Part shown: positions 8,370 through 16,191 of the stretch, piece by piece
Position numbering within the stretch: position 1 is the first letter of the stretch
Layout of the letters: each line of letters opens with the position of its first letter
Origin: Bacillota bacterium
GTDB lineage: Bacteria > Pseudomonadota > Gammaproteobacteria > Natronospirales > REEB76
Length of the DNA: 64,000 nt
Assembly (NCBI GenBank): GCA_050261675.1
Contig: JBLNDO010000030.1
Location: 11,424-75,423 of the forward strand
Direction of reading: 5' to 3'
Translations under genes and position numbers: made by a program
The notes under the pieces: model-generated
What the model was told of the DNA's origin: nothing
Databases searched by the model: none
Seen by the model: the letters and a program-made list of their open reading frames with translations, nothing else

Positions 8370-9821
8370 CTAGCCGATGAGCTTCGCCGCCTCGCGGAAC
8401 CATTCCGCGAGGTAGGGCGGCATCCACAGGCCCAGCATCAGGACGAGGGCCAGGTGCGTGAACACGGGGATGAGCGCCGGCGAGTGCGGCAGGCGCGGCA
8501 GGTGGGTTTCGCCGAACACCATGGCCTGCACGCGGGTGAAGATGGCGCCGAAGGCGACGCCGAGCGCCGTGAGCAGGATGGGCGTGGCCCAGGGGTGGTC
8601 GCGCATGGCGGTGATCAGGATCAGGAACTCGCTGGCGAACACGCCGAAGGGCGGCATGCCGAGGATAGCGAGGGTGCCGACCATGAGCCCCCAGCCCACG
8701 GTGGGGCTGACGGTGATGAGGCCGCGGATCTGGTCCATGACCTGGGTCTTGGCCTTCTGGGCGGCGTGGCCCACGGCGAAGAAGATGGCGGACTTGGTGA
8801 GGGAATGCACGGTCATGTGCAGGAGCGCGGCGAAATTCGCCACCGGCCCGCCCATGCCGAAGGCGAAGGTGGCGATGCCCATGTGCTCGATGGAGGAATA
8901 GGCGAACAGGCGCTTCACGTCCTTCTGCCGCCACAGCAGGAACGAGGCCAGCACCACCGAGAGCAGGCCGAAGCCCATCATGAGGCCTCCGGCCACGTGG
9001 GTCTGCACCGCGCCCTCCACCAGCACCTTGCAGCGCACCACGGCGTAGAGCGCGACGTTGAGCAGCAACCCGGAGAGCACCGCGGACACGGGCGTCGGGC
9101 CCTCGGCGTGGGCGTCCGGCAGCCAGTTGTGCAGGGGCGCCAAGCCCACCTTGGTGCCGTAACCCACCAGCAGGAACACGAAGGCGAGCGAGAGCACCGT
9201 GGGCTCGAGCTGGCCTTTTACCTGGTTCAGGTGGGTCCAGAGGAGCGCGGTGGTGCCGGAACTGCCGAGCAGCTTCTCGGCGGCGAAGTACAGCAGGATG
9301 GTGCCGAACAGGGCCTGGGCGATGCCGACACCGCAGAGCACGAAATACTTCCACGCCGCCTCGATGGAGGCCGGCGTGCGGTAGAGCGACACCAGGAGCA
9401 CCGTGGCGAGCGTCGCCGCCTCCAGCGCCACCCACAGGAGTCCCATGTTGTTGGTGGTGAGCGCCAAGAGCATGGTGAACATGAAGAGCTGGAACATGCT
9501 GTGGTAGAGCCGGAGGCGCCGCGGGTTCACCCGGCCGTGGTGCGCCTCGATGCGCATGTAGGGCCGCGAGAACAGCGTGGTGGTGAAGCCCACCAGCGCC
9601 GTCAAGGCCACCAGGAACACGTTGAACGGGTCCATGAAGAACTGCTCGTTCAGGGCGAGCATCGGCCCGCCGGCGATCACCTTCCAGGTGAGCCAGACGG
9701 CGGCGGCGAAGGTGCCGGCGCCCACGGCCACGTTGGCCTCCGGCGCCCAGCGGCGCTCGCCGATGATCGCCAGGAGAAGGCTCCCGGAGAGCGGCAGGGC
9801 GAGCAGCACGAGTATCTCCAC
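8370..9821 (-). CDS. HyfF/NuoN(M)-like antiporter-type membrane subunit
   Basis: 483 aa, polytopic. 'WVALEAATLATVLLV', 'AWKYFVLCGVG', 'GLAPLHNWLPDAHAEGPTPVSA' and 'KRLFAYSSIEHMG' are Mrp/NuoLMN-family motifs. GTG start with AAGGAGGA upstream. Confidence 0.85.
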   Translation of the reverse strand: MEILVLLALPLSGSLLLAIIGERRWAPEANVAVGAGTFAAAVWLTWKVIAGGPMLALNEQFFMDPFNVFLVALTALVGFTTTLFSRPYMRIEAHHGRVNPRRLRLYHSMFQLFMFTMLLALTTNNMGLLWVALEAATLATVLLVSLYRTPASIEAAWKYFVLCGVGIAQALFGTILLYFAAEKLLGSSGTTALLWTHLNQVKGQLEPTVLSLAFVFLLVGYGTKVGLAPLHNWLPDAHAEGPTPVSAVLSGLLLNVALYAVVRCKVLVEGAVQTHVAGGLMMGFGLLSVVLASFLLWRQKDVKRLFAYSSIEHMGIATFAFGMGGPVANFAALLHMTVHSLTKSAIFFAVGHAAQKAKTQVMDQIRGLITVSPTVGWGLMVGTLAILGMPPFGVFASEFLILITAMRDHPWATPILLTALGVAFGAIFTRVQAMVFGETHLPRLPHSPALIPVFTHLALVLMLGLWMPPYLAEWFREAAKLIG

Positions 9822-9822
9822 C

Positions 9823-10482
9823 TCAGTCCTCCTTGAGCTTTTCCATGTGGTGCAGGTCGAGGCTGTCGAACTGCTCCCGGATCTGGAAGAAGAAGATGCC
9901 GAGGATCAGCACGCCCACCAGCACGTCCAGCGCCACGCCGAGCTCCACCACCATGGGCATGCCGTAGGTGGTGCTGGTGGCGGCGAAGAACAGGCCGTTC
10001 TCCATGGCGAGGAAGCCGAGCACCTGGGTGATGGCCTTGCGGCGGGTGATCATCATAAGGAAGGAGAGCAGCACCACCGCGAGCGCGATGCCGAGGGTGC
10101 TGCGGGTCACCGTGTGGCCGAGCTCGGAGATGGGCTGGGCGAGCGAGAAGCAGAAGATCACCAGCACGAGCCCGGCGAGCATGATGGTGGGGGCGTTGAT
10201 GATGGTCTCGCTCTCCCAGCGCGCCCCGAGGCGGGCGATGAGGCGGTGCATGATGAACGGCAGGGCGATGACCTTGAGCAGCAGCGTCAGCGCCGCGGAG
10301 AAGAACAGGTGGTACTGGCCGGTGGACACCATCACCACGGTGATGGAGACGAATAGGGCCGCGCCCTGCAGGGCGTACAGGGTCACGAGGGTGAGCACCC
10401 TCCGCTGCGCCAGCATGGCGAAGGACAGCAGCAGCAGCAGCGCCGCGCAAAGGTCGATGAGCTGGGAGGCGAAGCCGGCCAC
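9823..10482 (-). CDS. HyfE/NuoK-like membrane subunit
   Basis: GTG 10482 lies just after the upstream stop (10485). The 219-aa hydrophobic product has 'GFLAMENGLFFAA' typical of HyfE/HycP-like proteins. The remainder of ORF 9823..11361 is a 5' artefact. Confidence 0.75.
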   Translation of the reverse strand: MAGFASQLIDLCAALLLLLSFAMLAQRRVLTLVTLYALQGAALFVSITVVMVSTGQYHLFFSAALTLLLKVIALPFIMHRLIARLGARWESETIINAPTIMLAGLVLVIFCFSLAQPISELGHTVTRSTLGIALAVVLLSFLMMITRRKAITQVLGFLAMENGLFFAATSTTYGMPMVVELGVALDVLVGVLILGIFFFQIREQFDSLDLHHMEKLKED

Positions 10483-10484
10483 GG

Positions 10485-11435
10485 TCAGCTCCCCAGGAGC
10501 AGGTGCACCAGGAGCCCCAGCACCGCCAGCAGGAAGGCGGTGGCGAGGAACTCCGGGGCCCGGAAGATGCGCATCTTGGCGTTCAGGGTCTCGACGAGCG
10601 CGAGACCCGCGCCCGCCGCGGCGAGTTTCACGGTGGTCACGGGGACGGCGAGCAGGAGCCCCAGGTTGTCGCCGGTGTCGGCGGCGAGGCCCCAGGGCAG
10701 GAACAGGGCCAGGCCGATGCAGGTGTAGTTGAAGAGCTTGAGCGCCACGGACCACTCGATGAGCGCGAGATGCCGCGCCGAATACTCGAGGACGGTGGCC
10801 TCGTGGATCATGGTGAGCTCGAGGTGCGTCGCCGGATTGTCCACCGGGATGCGGGCGTTCTCGGCCAAAAGCACCATGAGGAAGGCGATGCCGGCGAAGG
10901 CCAGGCTGGGATAGAGCGCGAGTTCCCGGTGTGCCAGCACGTCCACGGTGGTGGGCAGCGAGGTGCTGTGGGAAATCAGCGAGGCGGTGAAGAACACCAT
11001 GAGCAGCGCGGGCTCGGCGAGGAAGCCCACCAGCATCTCGCGGCGCGCGCCCAGGGAGCCGAAGGCGGTGCCGATGTCCATGGCGGCGAGCGCGAGGGCG
11101 ACCCGCGCCGTGGCGAACAGGCCCACGAGGGCGATGGCGTCCGCCGCCACGGCGAACGGCAGGCCGGTCCAGAGCGTGGGGATGATGGCGGCGGCGAGGC
11201 CCATGGCCGCGAACTGCACGTAGGGGACGAGGCGGAACAGCGGCGAGGCGCCCTCGGCGATGACCGCGTCCTTGTGGAACAGCTTGCGCAGCAGGCGGTA
11301 GGGCTGCAGGAGCCCGGGACCGCTCTTGTTCTGCAGCCAGGCGCGGCACTGGTTCACCCAACCCATGAGCAGGGGCGCCGCCGCCACCGCCAGGAGGATC
11401 TCGACGCCTTGGGCAACGAGGCGCGCGGCGCTCAC
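10485..11435 (-). CDS. HyfC/HycD/NuoH-like membrane subunit
   Basis: GTG 11435 overlaps the upstream stop (GTGA). The 316-aa product has 'RAWLQNKSGPGLLQPYRLLRKLF' and 'ENARIPVDNPATHLELTMIHE' (NuoH/HycD signatures). Confidence 0.85.
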   Translation of the reverse strand: MSAARLVAQGVEILLAVAAAPLLMGWVNQCRAWLQNKSGPGLLQPYRLLRKLFHKDAVIAEGASPLFRLVPYVQFAAMGLAAAIIPTLWTGLPFAVAADAIALVGLFATARVALALAAMDIGTAFGSLGARREMLVGFLAEPALLMVFFTASLISHSTSLPTTVDVLAHRELALYPSLAFAGIAFLMVLLAENARIPVDNPATHLELTMIHEATVLEYSARHLALIEWSVALKLFNYTCIGLALFLPWGLAADTGDNLGLLLAVPVTTVKLAAAGAGLALVETLNAKMRIFRAPEFLATAFLLAVLGLLVHLLLGS

Positions 11436-13435
11436 AGCACGAACACCAGGAGCGCCACCAGGGTGGCGAAGCTGAACAGGAGGTACACGCCGATGCGCCC
11501 CTGCTGCACCAGGCCCGCCACCCGGGAGCCCGCCACGACCGCCCCGCCCACCGGCAGGTACAGCCAGTGCCAGAGGCGGTCTTCCACGCGCACGTGGTAG
11601 CGCGGGTTGGCGTCGAAGGCCGTGGGCAGCTCGCGCTGCATGCGATAGAAGGGCTCGAAGATCTGGCGGATGGGCTGGCCGAAGCCCTCGGCGGTGTCCT
11701 GCATGCGCGGCGTGAGCCAGGGGAAGCCGCAGGCCCAGGGCGGCGCCTTGCGCACGCGTCCGTGGTAGAAGCCGCGCACCAGCAGGACCACCAGCACCAC
11801 CAGCGCCACGGTGCCGAGCAGGAACACGGCGGGACTGTAGGACGCCCGCTCGGCCGACATGGGCGCGAGCAGCCACCACTGCTGCAGCCCGCCTCCCAGG
11901 CCCGCGCCCAGGAGTTCCTGGCTCACGCCGTCCAGGAGCGACAGCACGTGCACCGGAAAGAGCCCGAGGAGCACGCAGCCCGCCGCGAGCCAAAGCAGCG
12001 CCACCCGCTCCCGCCGGCCGCAGTCATGGGCCTTGGCGAGCTTGGGCTCGCGGGGTTGGCCGAGGAAGATGATGCCGTAGAACTTCACCATGACGTAGGC
12101 GGCGAGCGCCGCCACCAGGGCCAGCGCCGCGGCGCCGATGGGCAGCAGCATGTTGATGAACTGGTGCGGCAGTTCCGGCGTGAACAGGAAGGATTGCAGC
12201 AGCAGCCACTCGGACACGAAGCCGTTCAAGGGCGGCAGCCCGGCGATGGCGAGGGTGCCGACGAGGGCGAGCCAGGCGACCCAGGGCATGCGGTGGATGA
12301 GTCCGCCGAGCCTTCCCAGGCTGCGCTCGCGGGTGGAGTGCAGCACAGAGCCGGTGGCGAGGAACAGCAGGCTCTTGAAGAACGCGTGGTTCAAGGCGTG
12401 GTAGAGCGTGGCCGCGAGAGCCAGGGCCGCGAACCGGGGCATGCCGAAGGCGTGGAACAGGATGGTGAGGCCCAGCCCCAGAAACAGGATGCCGATGTTC
12501 TCGATGGAGGAATAGGCGAGCAGGCGCTTCATGTCGGTCTGCACCGCCGCGAAGATCACGCCGTAGAACGCGGTGAAGAGGCCTAAGCCGAGCGCCACCA
12601 GGCCCCACCACCAGAGCTGCGCATGCAGAAGGTCGAACGTGACGCGCAGCACGCCGTAAATGGCGGTCTTCAGCATCACGCCGCTCATGAGCGCGGACAC
12701 GGGGGACGGCGCCGCCGGGTGCGCCTCCGGCAGCCACACGTGCAGCGGCACGAGGCCCGCCTTGGCGCCGAAGCCGAACAGCGCCAGGAAGAACGCGACG
12801 CTCGCCCAGATCGGCGAGAGTGTGGCGGCACGCATGGCCTCGAAGGTGAACTGCCAGCTTCCGCCCTGCAGCACGCCGAAGCACAGGAGGATGCCGATGG
12901 CGCCGACGTGGGCGATGACGAGGTAGATGAACCCGGCGCGGCGGATCTCCGGCAGCCGGTGCTGGCTCGTGACCAGGAAATAGGACGAGAGCGCCATGGT
13001 CTCCCAGGCGACCATGAAGAGGTAGGCGTCGTCCGCCATCAGCACCACGGCCATGCTGGCGAGGAACACGTGGTACTGCAGGCCGAGGAGCCCGGGGGCC
13101 GCGCCCTCGCCGCTGCGGAAGTAGCCCGAGGCGAACACCGAGATGCCGCCGGAGACGAAGCCGAGCAGCATGAGGAAGAAGCAGGACAGGCCGTCCACGC
13201 GCACGTGGAACGGCAATTCCGAGAGCCCGAGCGGCAGCACCAGGGCCTCGGGGGGCTGCGAGAGCTGCAGAAACGCGGCGATGCCGAGCGCAAAACCGGC
13301 GACGCCGCCCAGCGGGAACAGGATGCGCCCCACCCAGGCGATGCTGCGCGCGCCCAGGAGGCCGAGGACGGCGATCGCGACCCACGCCACGGGGATCGAG
13401 AGGATCCCGATGAGAGTCGGATTCGCGGACAACAT
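11432..13435 (-). CDS. HyfB/NuoL-like antiporter-type membrane subunit
   Basis: 667 aa. 'FMVAWETMALSSYFLV', 'GLVPLHVWLPEAHPAAPSPVSALMSG' and 'KRLLAYSSIENIG'. ATG 13435 with GAGGTGG upstream. Confidence 0.85.
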   Translation of the reverse strand: MLSANPTLIGILSIPVAWVAIAVLGLLGARSIAWVGRILFPLGGVAGFALGIAAFLQLSQPPEALVLPLGLSELPFHVRVDGLSCFFLMLLGFVSGGISVFASGYFRSGEGAAPGLLGLQYHVFLASMAVVLMADDAYLFMVAWETMALSSYFLVTSQHRLPEIRRAGFIYLVIAHVGAIGILLCFGVLQGGSWQFTFEAMRAATLSPIWASVAFFLALFGFGAKAGLVPLHVWLPEAHPAAPSPVSALMSGVMLKTAIYGVLRVTFDLLHAQLWWWGLVALGLGLFTAFYGVIFAAVQTDMKRLLAYSSIENIGILFLGLGLTILFHAFGMPRFAALALAATLYHALNHAFFKSLLFLATGSVLHSTRERSLGRLGGLIHRMPWVAWLALVGTLAIAGLPPLNGFVSEWLLLQSFLFTPELPHQFINMLLPIGAAALALVAALAAYVMVKFYGIIFLGQPREPKLAKAHDCGRRERVALLWLAAGCVLLGLFPVHVLSLLDGVSQELLGAGLGGGLQQWWLLAPMSAERASYSPAVFLLGTVALVVLVVLLVRGFYHGRVRKAPPWACGFPWLTPRMQDTAEGFGQPIRQIFEPFYRMQRELPTAFDANPRYHVRVEDRLWHWLYLPVGGAVVAGSRVAGLVQQGRIGVYLLFSFATLVALLVFVL

Positions 13436-13491
13436 CAGACAGCGCCACCTCGGCGCGCGGAGAACGCGCGCGGCTTGACAGGCCCGTGAAG

Positions 13492-13512
13492 TATTATCAT
13501 CCTATGATAATA
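13492..13512. promoter_or_regulatory. inverted repeat (9-bp arms, 3-bp spacer) in the divergent hyf-like / RHH intergenic region
   Basis: tattatcat-cct-atgataata is the only AT-rich patch in the 97-bp intergenic region. A TTGACA hexamer lies at 13475-13480. Confidence 0.5.
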
Positions 13513-13532
13513 GTATGTAAATCAGGTCGCCC

Positions 13533-13730
13533 ATGCCCCGGGAAAGCCGCACCGCCCGCCTGACCATCCTCGTCGATCCGCGCAAGAAGGCGGTGTTCGA
13601 GGCCCTGTGCGCGGACGTGGACCAGACGCCGAGCCAGGTGGTCAGGAAGTTGATCCGGGATTACATCGAGTACCGGACGGGGAAGGCTTGGGATCCGGAC
13701 GCGGTTTCAACGCGGAAAGCGAAGCGTTGA
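13533..13730 (+). CDS. orphan ribbon-helix-helix (CopG/Arc-MetJ-type) DNA-binding protein
   Basis: 65 aa. 'ARLTILVDPRKKAVFEALCADVDQTPSQVVRKLIRDYI' follows the strand-helix-helix pattern. No toxin gene follows; a terminator comes directly after. Confidence 0.7.
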   Translation: MPRESRTARLTILVDPRKKAVFEALCADVDQTPSQVVRKLIRDYIEYRTGKAWDPDAVSTRKAKR

Positions 13731-13736
13731 ACAAAT

Positions 13737-13764
13737 AAAAAGCCGCCTGCTCAGGCGGCTTTTT
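13737..13764. terminator. bidirectional rho-independent terminator
   Basis: aaaa-agccgcc-tgctca-ggcggct-tttt between convergent genes (stop at 13730 on +, stop at 13785 on -). Confidence 0.75.
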
Positions 13765-13784
13765 GCTTTCGGCGAAGAATTATA

Positions 13785-13889
13785 TCAACCGCGTGCCGCC
13801 CTTTTGGCAGCCTTCTCGGCGCGCTTCTCTTTCAGGGTCTTCTGCGGCTTCTTCCGGTCTTCCTTCTTGCGGTCCATACCCTTGCTCAT
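13785..13889 (-). CDS. small Lys/Arg-rich protein (34 aa), not in the ORF track
   Basis: Hand translation gives MSKGMDRKKEDRKKPQKTLKEKRAEKAAKRAARG*, with GAGGAG 6 nt upstream of ATG 13889. It is followed by the terminator at 13737-13764. Confidence 0.45.
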   Translation of the reverse strand: MSKGMDRKKEDRKKPQKTLKEKRAEKAAKRAARG

Positions 13890-13939
13890 GGCGGTCTCCT
13901 CTGGATGGCACTGGATGGGGGAATAATCTTACCAGCCCC

Positions 13940-14710
13940 TCACGGCGGCGGCGCGATCTCCACGGTCCAGAAATCCCCGGCGAGTTTCGGGTCCGTGAGG
14001 TAGCCATAGGGGAGGTAGAAATAGCCGCCCTGCCCCCACTTCGGACCGTAGGAATTCCTGGCGACGAAGCGCTTCCCGGCATCCTCGTAGCCCACGGCCA
14101 TGACGGCGTGATTGCCGAGCAGCTTCTCCCCCGCTTTCGGGATGGGCGGCATGTCCGCCTGCCGGGCCTCGGGGGTGTCGAAGCTCTCGTAGACGGCGAA
14201 GGCGAAGATGAAGGGCCGGCCGGACGCGAGGCAGGCCTGGAGATGGGCGAGGTCTTGCGCCAAGCGCGCGTAATGGACCTGGCGGTATTTCACCGCAGCC
14301 TTATAACAGCGGGCCGGAGGTTCCACGTCCACCTGGGCGGGGTCGTAGGGCCAGAGGTCCTCGGGACAGTCGCCCTGCTTCGCCAGGGACTTGATGGCTT
14401 CCCGCAGGGGAGCGCCGCCGTCCCGACTCTCGGTGCCGAGCATCCTGCGTTCGTTGTAGTAGATGAAGAGCCGCGAGGGGACGAAGTCCGGCTTGAGCTT
14501 CAGGCGCCGGCGCTCGAACTGGATGGCGCCCGCGGCGGCATTGGCGGTGCAGCTCTGCAGGGGGCGCTGGTCGTAGGCCTGGGGACAGAGGGAGCGGAGG
14601 TCTACGGATGCCGGGCGCTTCTTGAGGAACTCGGCCGGCGGTGCGTAGGCGTGGTCGCGCGCGTCGGGTTTGTCCCGGATACAGCCAAAGTGACGGGCGG
14701 GCTCAGTCAT
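13940..14710 (-). CDS. papain-like C1-family cysteine peptidase, no signal peptide
   Basis: Catalytic-type motifs 'LQSCTANAAA' (Cys), 'GNHAVMAVGY' (His) and 'ARNSYGPKWGQGGYFY' (Asn/Trp). The N-terminal 'DKPDARDHAY' is typical of bacterial C1 peptidases. Confidence 0.8.
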   Translation of the reverse strand: MTEPARHFGCIRDKPDARDHAYAPPAEFLKKRPASVDLRSLCPQAYDQRPLQSCTANAAAGAIQFERRRLKLKPDFVPSRLFIYYNERRMLGTESRDGGAPLREAIKSLAKQGDCPEDLWPYDPAQVDVEPPARCYKAAVKYRQVHYARLAQDLAHLQACLASGRPFIFAFAVYESFDTPEARQADMPPIPKAGEKLLGNHAVMAVGYEDAGKRFVARNSYGPKWGQGGYFYLPYGYLTDPKLAGDFWTVEIAPPP

Positions 14711-14740
14711 GCGCCCATTATAAGGAGAGGCAGGAAGACC

Positions 14741-15928
14741 TTAGATGCCTAATTGCTGTGGGTTGACGCCGTAAGCGCCGTTCTGCAGACAGCGATCGAT
14801 CCAGACACGGCCGCTGTCGGACCAGGCGTTGTCGAACATCATGTCCACCACCGCCGGGTAGGTGAGCGGCTTCTTGGCTTCGTCCAGCACCAGCGCGATG
14901 CGGGGACGGAGCTTCTGCGGGTTCTGGGCCAGCACCACGCCGACCGCGCCGGTGTTGAGTTCGATGACCGAGCCCGTCGGGAAGGCGCCCACCATCTGCA
15001 TGAATTTCTCCACCGCCTCCGTCTGGAACAGCTTGCCGCGCGCGCCGAAGATGAAACGGATCGCCTCGTGGGGCGAGCGTTCGCCGGCGTAGGGCCGGAA
15101 GCTCACCAGCGCGTCGTAGGTGTCCACGATGCCGGCGATCACGGCGTAGAGGGGTATGGACGTGCCCTTCAGCCCGGCGTGGTAGCCGCTGCCGTCGAAG
15201 CGCTCATGGTGGTGCTTGACGAGTTCCATGATGCGCGGGGTGATGCCGTCCATGCCGCGGAGGATCTCGAGACTCTGGCCCACGTGGCCGTGCACCGCCC
15301 GGGTCTCGGCCTCGTTCAGCGGGCCGGGGCGCAGGAGCAGGGTCAGGGGCAGTTGGGTCTTGCCCACGTCGAAAAGCATGCAGCCCAGGCCGACTTCGTG
15401 GATCTCTTCCTTCTCGAGGCCGAGATGGCGCGCGAACGCCAGGCCCCAGATGGAGGTATTGAGGGCGTGGCTGAAGATGTAGGAGTCATGCTGCTTCATG
15501 CGCGTGAGCCAGATGAGCGCATTGGGGTTGCGCAGCATGCTCTCGAGCATGGGGGTGATGGTCTTCCGGGCCAGGTCCACGTCGAGGCGGCCGCTCTGCA
15601 GCATCTGGGTGAAGATGGCCTTGGCGGCGGCGCTGGCGTCGCGGTGGATCTCCTTGGCGCGGACGATCTCCTTCTCGACCGTCTGCGTCACGGGATAGCG
15701 GTCGGGGACGTGGGGCCGGGTGCGGGGGGTCGTGTCTTCGATCCGCTCCGCGTCCACGAACACGTACTGGCAGACGCGCTGCAGTTCTTCGAGGGTCTCC
15801 TGGTTGCGGATGAAGAAACCCTGGTACATGAAGCGCGTGTCGGTCCACGGCCGATCCAGCCGATCGACGTACATGCCGACCTTCAGATCGCCGACGGCAA
15901 GCTTCCTGAGCTTCGAGGTACCTGACAC
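14741..15928 (-). CDS. HD-GYP domain phosphodiesterase with DUF3391-like N-terminus
   Basis: 'HHERFDGSGYHAGL' (HD-GYP), 'MLFDVGK' and 'KVGMYVDRLDRPW'. GTG 15928 has AAGGAG 5 nt upstream; the ORF-track 5' extension to 16096 is Arg/Pro/Gly-rich and was rejected. Confidence 0.8.
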   Translation of the reverse strand: MSGTSKLRKLAVGDLKVGMYVDRLDRPWTDTRFMYQGFFIRNQETLEELQRVCQYVFVDAERIEDTTPRTRPHVPDRYPVTQTVEKEIVRAKEIHRDASAAAKAIFTQMLQSGRLDVDLARKTITPMLESMLRNPNALIWLTRMKQHDSYIFSHALNTSIWGLAFARHLGLEKEEIHEVGLGCMLFDVGKTQLPLTLLLRPGPLNEAETRAVHGHVGQSLEILRGMDGITPRIMELVKHHHERFDGSGYHAGLKGTSIPLYAVIAGIVDTYDALVSFRPYAGERSPHEAIRFIFGARGKLFQTEAVEKFMQMVGAFPTGSVIELNTGAVGVVLAQNPQKLRPRIALVLDEAKKPLTYPAVVDMMFDNAWSDSGRVWIDRCLQNGAYGVNPQQLGI

Positions 15929-16191
15929 CCGCGCTCCTTCGGCACGCACCTCCCTCTCAGGTGCGTCCCACCCGATGGATGCCGGCCCCCCTCGCCGGTC
16001 CAAGCGAACAGGAGTCTGGACCCCTCCGGCTCGCCCCGGCAAGGGCGGACAGGCAGGTAAACACCGGTACTTTGGGTAGGAAACACCTGACGGCACGGCC
16101 GCCCGCGGGAATTTCGCCGCAAATTCAGCGGATTACCGGAAACACCTGGAAAGCTCGTCCGCTGTCACATTCAGCGGAACCGGGCGGCCGC

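Noticed and set aside
6799-9836. Very long ORFs overlapping the hyf-like genes: 6799..9435 (-, 878 aa) and 7341..9836 (+, 831 aa).
   Set aside because: Their translations are Arg/Gly/Pro/Ala/His-rich low-complexity strings typical of out-of-frame or antisense reading of high-GC genes. The in-frame Hyf-like products have clear family motifs.
6299-13435. Annotating the cluster as formate hydrogenlyase / hydrogenase-4 (hyfBCEFGI).
   Set aside because: The large subunit lacks all four NiFe Cys ligands. No HyfA/HyfH FeS subunits, formate dehydrogenase or hyp/hycI genes are present in the window. Only the family relationship is supported, not hydrogenase function.
13780-14082. 100-aa ORF on the minus strand overlapping the 3' end of the C1 peptidase gene.
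   Set aside because: It has Arg/Ser/Pro-rich composition and overlaps a well-supported gene. A different-frame 34-aa ORF (13785-13889) with a good RBS explains the region better.
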